Positions 27,285 through 32,000 of a stretch of DNA of 32,000 bases are shown here, piece after piece. A program made the position numbers and the translations under genes. Source of the DNA: Candidatus Babelota bacterium (GTDB lineage Bacteria; Babelota; Babeliae; Babelales; Vermiphilaceae); NCBI GenBank assembly GCA_039809905.1, contig JBDHVY010000001.1, forward strand, positions 900,001-932,000, in the 5' to 3' direction. Under the pieces are notes generated by a model that had not been told where the DNA came from, made no database searches, and worked only from the letters and a program-made list of their open reading frames with translations. Position 1 is the first letter of the stretch. Each line of letters begins with the position of its first letter.

Positions 27285-27653
27285 TTACAATTTCCCTTCT
27301 TCTTTTAATTTATCAAGAAGGCGATTAATTTTTTCAACTTTTTCTTGATCTTCATCATAGCGGAAAACCAGATTTGGCGTATAGCGACCACGAGATGTTT
27401 TTGCTAATGCTGTGCGTAGAGATGGTTTATAGAGGATGAGTATGGGTAATTTTTCTTCAAATTCAGATCTGCCATTAGCTGCAAGAAATAAAACAGTACA
27501 CAATCCACCTTCAGGTGAAAGAGTTACCTTATTAATAAATAATCCAGATAAACGAGGATCATCCATAGTAATCTGGAGAAAAAACTGAGAAAGTTCTTTG
27601 AAATAATAAGATTCTTTTTGTGCTCTTTTTATTTCTTGCTGTTGTTTGCTCAT
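27285..27653 (-). CDS. rbfA: Ribosome-binding factor A-like
   Basis: 122 aa. ELSQFFLQITMDDPRLSGLFINKVTLSPEGGLCTVLFLA and PSLRTALAKTSRGRYTPNLVFRYDEDQEKVEKINRLLDKL, following rpsU. Confidence 0.75.
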   Translation of the reverse strand: MSKQQQEIKRAQKESYYFKELSQFFLQITMDDPRLSGLFINKVTLSPEGGLCTVLFLAANGRSEFEEKLPILILYKPSLRTALAKTSRGRYTPNLVFRYDEDQEKVEKINRLLDKLKEEGKL

Positions 27654-27658
27654 GGGTA

Positions 27659-27877
27659 TTAATCTTTAGGTGCAGTGCCGTTAGTAATCATGCGCATCAT
27701 ATTTTGTTTGATAGCACGAACAAGGCGTTTTCTTCTTTTTTGTGTTGTTGATTCAAAGTAAACAGTACGTTTCATATCGCGTACGATACCTTCACGTTCG
27801 ATTTTCTTCTTTAATTGTCTGAGAGCTTTATCGATATGTCCACTAACAGAAATTTCGATATTTGATCGTTTTGACAT
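27659..27877 (-). CDS. rpsU: 30S ribosomal protein S21
   Basis: MSKRSNIEISVSGHIDKALRQLKKKIEREGIVRDMKRTVYFESTTQKRRKRLVRAIKQ. The internal Met at 27877 is the better start. Confidence 0.87.
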   Translation of the reverse strand: MSKRSNIEISVSGHIDKALRQLKKKIEREGIVRDMKRTVYFESTTQKRRKRLVRAIKQNMMRMITNGTAPKD

Positions 27878-27990
27878 GGGAAAACAACTAACCTTTCGAT
27901 GTAAATTAAACATTCTTTATTATAATACCTAACTTTGGGCTTACTGTCCAGAGAGTGCATGTAATTTAAAAAGCATTATTATTTTGGGGT

Positions 27991-28020
27991 CCCCATGTAG
28001 AATGTAATGTAAACATGGGG
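27991..28020. terminator. Stem-loop between the outer-membrane protein gene and rpsU, possible terminator or RNA element
   Basis: ccccatgt (27991-27998) and acatgggg (28013-28020), a perfect 8-bp stem. It overlaps an alternative ggggtcccc palindrome at 27986-27994. Confidence 0.5.
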
Positions 28021-28025
28021 TTAAG

Positions 28026-29552
28026 CTAAAATGTCACATTCAGGCCTGCCATAATAGTGGAACTGCGGTAGGCATTTCGTTGTGAAAAGGGGATTTGCCA
28101 CAATAGGCCAAGGTTGAAATTGGGTGAAAAATCGTAATTGAGGGCGATATTTCCCAATTTTACTTTAAAGCTTGATTGGCATTCAAGGACACCTGGTACA
28201 AATGCAGGGTCTGCTACTACAAGATCAATATGATCTGATTGGTGATCAAGAACATACCACTCAAAATGCATAGAAAGACGATCAAGGAAATGATAAGCAG
28301 CAAGGCGAGCGCAAAAGTACCAGTTTTCTCCGGGATGAATTAATACATCAGTTGAGAAAGGAAAGAGGTTGTTCTGAAATTTGTTAGTAGGGACTGGGTA
28401 ATTACAATACTCTCTTTTGAAAAAGTGAGTAAAGCCGACTTCTCCGCCTATTTCTATAGTCTCTATGAAATCAAGGTTGATTCCAGCAGTCATACCAAAG
28501 CTCTTATGGCCATTGTTTCCAAATGGAGCTGCAAAGAAGTTTCTTCCATCATCTTTTTTGACCGGTGAAATGCTTCCGGAAATTTGGAAATAAGGGATTG
28601 CTAAAAAGCGTGCCCATGCACTTTCTGCTTCTTCATTTACGGGAAAAAAGTCTCGCCAGAAGAGATTAAAACGAAGGTCCTCGAGTGATGTTTCTATAAA
28701 ATCGTTACAAAAGCCAATCTTGAGTTGATCAGTTATGACTCCAATTCGATCCATAAGGAAATCATTTACATTATCTTTATTAATACCAGGAGTTCCCTCA
28801 TCGGTTTCGTTTTGAGGCACAAATGTTGCAGCATCAGTTAAATTGAGAGTTTCTTCGTGTACTTGTCGAATGGTGCTAAATCCACCTTGTATGCGTAGTC
28901 CAAACCCGCCCCACAGCAATCCGCTTGTTTCTATTCGCAATCCGCGCTTTCTGTATTTAATGGGAAAGGAGAAAAAGCCGTATCTTTCTTGAGGGTCTAT
29001 ATTGGCTTCATTATTAAGGCCTAGTCGTTCCTGAGTTCCCACAGGATCTATGGGAAATAGTGCATCGAGAGCGGTTTGTAAAATCGGAACGAGAGTTTGT
29101 CCTTGAGGATACAGGGTGTTGGTATTCAGGGCGCCATTATTATAAAGTAGCGCAAGCATGTCTGTTCTGCCGGTAAGATCGCCAAGAGGCGCATCTACCC
29201 GTGTTGGACAAGAATCTGGATTAGGAATGGGACTGGCAGCGCATTGAGAACCTTTGATGGTTTTTCCTCGATCAGCATTTTGCGCAAAAGGAGAAATAGA
29301 AATATTTATGTGGTCTCTTTTTTTATCTGCCCATTCATAATCCCATCCATTTAATGCATCAAATTTGTAGAGTAGTTGTTCACGCGTAAGAAGCAATGCA
29401 TCATCAAGATTAAGTGTTGTGAACATAGGAATGGGGTCATTTTTTGCAAGACTTGTTAGATCAGCATGAAGAAATGTATGAAGCATGCTGAGCATGGAGA
29501 CAATTGATAATAAGAGAAAACCAGATATTTTTTTTTGTTTATCGCGAAGCAT
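28026..29552 (-). CDS. Outer-membrane beta-barrel-type protein
   Basis: Signal peptide LLLSIVSMLSMLHTFLHA, Gly/aromatic-rich amphipathic strands, and a terminal aromatic (TIMAGLNVTF). Confidence 0.6.
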   Translation of the reverse strand: MLRDKQKKISGFLLLSIVSMLSMLHTFLHADLTSLAKNDPIPMFTTLNLDDALLLTREQLLYKFDALNGWDYEWADKKRDHINISISPFAQNADRGKTIKGSQCAASPIPNPDSCPTRVDAPLGDLTGRTDMLALLYNNGALNTNTLYPQGQTLVPILQTALDALFPIDPVGTQERLGLNNEANIDPQERYGFFSFPIKYRKRGLRIETSGLLWGGFGLRIQGGFSTIRQVHEETLNLTDAATFVPQNETDEGTPGINKDNVNDFLMDRIGVITDQLKIGFCNDFIETSLEDLRFNLFWRDFFPVNEEAESAWARFLAIPYFQISGSISPVKKDDGRNFFAAPFGNNGHKSFGMTAGINLDFIETIEIGGEVGFTHFFKREYCNYPVPTNKFQNNLFPFSTDVLIHPGENWYFCARLAAYHFLDRLSMHFEWYVLDHQSDHIDLVVADPAFVPGVLECQSSFKVKLGNIALNYDFSPNFNLGLLWQIPFSQRNAYRSSTIMAGLNVTF

Positions 29553-29741
29553 ACTATTCCTTTTTTTTGTTTTTCATAAACAAATCATCTATTTATAGCA
29601 TTGTTTGTGCGGCTCAGTCAAATAAAGGAAGTAAGTTAACAATGTATAGCCTAAACTTTACACATTGCGTTACCAGAAGGAAAGAGATAAAATAAAAATA
29701 TACTCAAATTATTTTTTTATTTGCTCTAGCGATAACTTTAT

Positions 29742-30012
29742 GACTAATTCTAATCTATTATATTGTTCATACTATCAAGCTCAGGTGGAGCGTGAATTGT
29801 GCTGGTTTGTTACGGCGAGTTTGCGTAGTTATGAACATGTTTCATTCGATCGCACGCTTGATCCTGCAACAAGTTTATTTGAATTTTTTGTACCCGAATC
29901 TACGGAAGAATATTTTTTAGAAATTATGGCGTATTTTGAATCACAGAATTTGATTTTTAATTTGAAAAAGTTGCCTAATCGTTTGGAAGATGTTTCAGCG
30001 GATGAGATTTGA
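29742..30012 (+). CDS. Small hypothetical protein, possibly DUF4911-like
   Basis: MTNSNLLYCSYYQAQVERELCWFVTASLRSYEHVSFDRTLDPATSLFEFFVPESTEEYF. Coding-like composition, with the start chosen at an internal Met. Confidence 0.5.
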
Positions 30013-30042
30013 GAGCAGATTAAATTTTTAAGAATTAAAAAA

Positions 30043-30068
30043 ATCCCCAATGTTGTTGGGGATTTTCT
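30043..30068. terminator. Bidirectional terminator-like stem-loop
   Basis: aaaatccc (30043-30050) and gggatttt (30061-30068), between convergent genes. Confidence 0.7.
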
Positions 30069-30081
30069 TAGTTCTTATTTC

Positions 30082-31524
30082 TTAATCAATCAATGCCACT
30101 ATTTTGTCGGTTCTTCTCAATGCCTCTTGACCCCCAAGCATATCAATAAGTTCAGCAATTCCTGGCCCATTCGTTTTGCCTATCATGGCAAGTCTTAAGA
30201 ACCAAAATAATTCCTTCAACGGAAGATTATTATTTTTTGCTGCTAATTTTATGGCAGGTGTAAATTCTGCTGCATTTGAGAGCAAAAGATTTTTATGTTC
30301 ATCGATTATTTTTATTAATGTTTCATACGTACTTGTAGGAATAGATGCTTCAATGTTGGCGCGTGTTATATTTGGTGCAATAAAATAAAATTCAAGAGCT
30401 GAAATAGCATCATGTGTTGTAGTTAGCTCGGATTTAATTGTTTGCAATAATGTTGTTAATGTTGCATCATCAATGGTTTTTACTGATTCGTACGCAGTTT
30501 CAAGATAAGGACGACATTGAGCAGTAAGCTTATTGGGATCATAATTCATAATCCATTGTTTATTGACCCATTTTAATTTTTCAACATCGTACGTAATGCG
30601 TCCGGATGAATGAAGATTATCAAAATTAAAAGCTTGTGCTAATACATCTAGTGGCATGATTTCATCTTTAAATGATGCCCCAATAATAGAAACGTAATTG
30701 GCAACAGCTTCTGGTAAAAATCCTGCATCTTTTAAATCTCGTAGTGAAAATCCAAAATCACGTTTGGAAAGTTTTTTGCCTTCAAGGTTACATAAAATGG
30801 GCAAATGCCAGTAGGTGGCAAGTGGTGCATTAACTGCATGGAAAAGAGCTGCTTGATTTGCAGTATTTGATAAATGATCTTCTCCGCGGAAAATATGAGT
30901 GATCTTCATAAGTAGATCATCAACAAAGTTTGCAAAAATAAAGGTAAAGCTTCCATCTTGACGAGTAATGGCAAAATCAGAAAAATTACTCATGTCAAAA
31001 GTAATGTTTCCTCTGGCTAGGTCATGGATAGTTAAAGAAAGATTATGATCACATTTAAATCGCCAAATAAACGGAACTTTGTCTGCAAGCAAACGATCAA
31101 TTTCTGTCTGTGGTAATATCATACAGGTACGATCATAGCGTGGAGGTAGTTTTAAAGCTTGTTGACGCAACCGTTTTTTTTCTAAATCTTCTTCGGTGCA
31201 AAAACAACGATAAATAGTATTTTTTTGTATAAGCTCTTCAAGTTGCTTTTGATATAAGGAAGTACGTTCGGATTGGTAGTACGGTGCATATGGGCCGCCA
31301 ACATGAGGGCCTTCGTTATATGAAAGTTGTAACCATGCAAGGTCTTCTAAAATTTTTTGTGCGTTGGGATCAAACATGCGCTGAGCATCAGTATCTTCGA
31401 TTCGTAAAATAAAAATACCTTCTTTTTGTCGAGAAAAAAGATAATTGATGAGTGCTGCACGAACATTGCCTAAATGCATCATGCCAGTGGGGGATGGAGC
31501 AAAGCGCACACGAACTTTTTGCAT
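30082..31524 (-). CDS. gltX: Glutamyl-tRNA synthetase
   Basis: MQKVRVRFAPSPTGMMHLGNVRAALINYLFSR...FILRIEDTD (HIGH region) and KLSKRDFGFSL (KMSKS region). The Met at 31524 is the natural start. Confidence 0.96.
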   Translation of the reverse strand: MQKVRVRFAPSPTGMMHLGNVRAALINYLFSRQKEGIFILRIEDTDAQRMFDPNAQKILEDLAWLQLSYNEGPHVGGPYAPYYQSERTSLYQKQLEELIQKNTIYRCFCTEEDLEKKRLRQQALKLPPRYDRTCMILPQTEIDRLLADKVPFIWRFKCDHNLSLTIHDLARGNITFDMSNFSDFAITRQDGSFTFIFANFVDDLLMKITHIFRGEDHLSNTANQAALFHAVNAPLATYWHLPILCNLEGKKLSKRDFGFSLRDLKDAGFLPEAVANYVSIIGASFKDEIMPLDVLAQAFNFDNLHSSGRITYDVEKLKWVNKQWIMNYDPNKLTAQCRPYLETAYESVKTIDDATLTTLLQTIKSELTTTHDAISALEFYFIAPNITRANIEASIPTSTYETLIKIIDEHKNLLLSNAAEFTPAIKLAAKNNNLPLKELFWFLRLAMIGKTNGPGIAELIDMLGGQEALRRTDKIVALID

Positions 31525-31810
31525 TGTTTGATTCCTTATTGTATGACTATTTTCTTTAAGTTTACTCATCTATGGGTCAAAGTCCAGGGACGATGATTTT
31601 TGCTTCAATTTTTAATACCATTTCCTGTTTTTCTGCAAAGGGGCGCGCAATTTATCCCCAATCAATCTACGATACTCTTTAATCGAGATCACCCCATACA
31701 AGAGAACGAAGAATGGAGTCAAAATAGACATTGGGGGTTATAAAAGCTTTGACATATAGAGTGGTGATTTGTTATTTTTTCGAAAAGTTTTACTAAAAAA
31801 GGGTAAAGTA

Positions 31811-32000
31811 ATGAAGAAGTGTCTCAAAATAACGCTAACATCCAAAATGCCGGATGTAAAATTTCGCGATGCTATACAATCAACAGCGCGAAATCTTGAT
31901 TTAGAAGGAACAGTTCAATATCTTGAGCCTCATGAAATTGTGATTATAGCTTGTGGTTCAAAAAATAATATAGATGCTTTTCTTGATAATCTTCATGAAG
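31811..32000 (+). CDS. Acylphosphatase-like protein, C-truncated by window edge
   Basis: Translated by eye: MKKCLKITLTSKMPDVKFRDAIQSTARNLDLEGTVQYLEPHEIVIIACGSKNNIDAFLDNLHE. Resembles the acylphosphatase FR...A..L.L.G.V fold pattern. Confidence 0.55.
   Translation, partial: MKKCLKITLTSKMPDVKFRDAIQSTARNLDLEGTVQYLEPHEIVIIACGSKNNIDAFLDNLHE

Noticed and set aside
30176-30388. ORF 30176..30388 (+)
   Set aside because: Antisense to gltX, which is unambiguous.

Overview
AT-rich bacterial window whose gene content looks like an intracellular or host-associated lineage; Candidatus Dependentiae/Babeliales-like is an inference from gene style only. Housekeeping genes: N-truncated acyl-CoA ligase, short M50 protease, cysteine synthase-like enzyme, folC, tsaC/Sua5, rbfA, rpsU, gltX, and a C-truncated acylphosphatase-like ORF. 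Between these sit many secreted or eukaryote-like genes: a Q/R-rich protein ending in a J-like domain, an ankyrin protein, three WD40/propeller-like paralogs (one with a possible Skp1/BTB-like N-terminus), two collagen-like GXY proteins, a type IV pilin and prepilin peptidase, a signal-peptide-bearing methyltransferase, and a 1610-aa filamentous-hemagglutinin/CdiA-like protein with a caspase-like H/C module at its C-terminus. The most striking observation is an F0 locus (small AtpI-like protein - AtpB - c-subunit). The c-subunit is a single 321-aa polypeptide of four tandem c hairpins. Three keep the essential Glu and the second has Gln, which I checked at codon level. No tRNA, rRNA, CRISPR array or canonical transposase was recognised.
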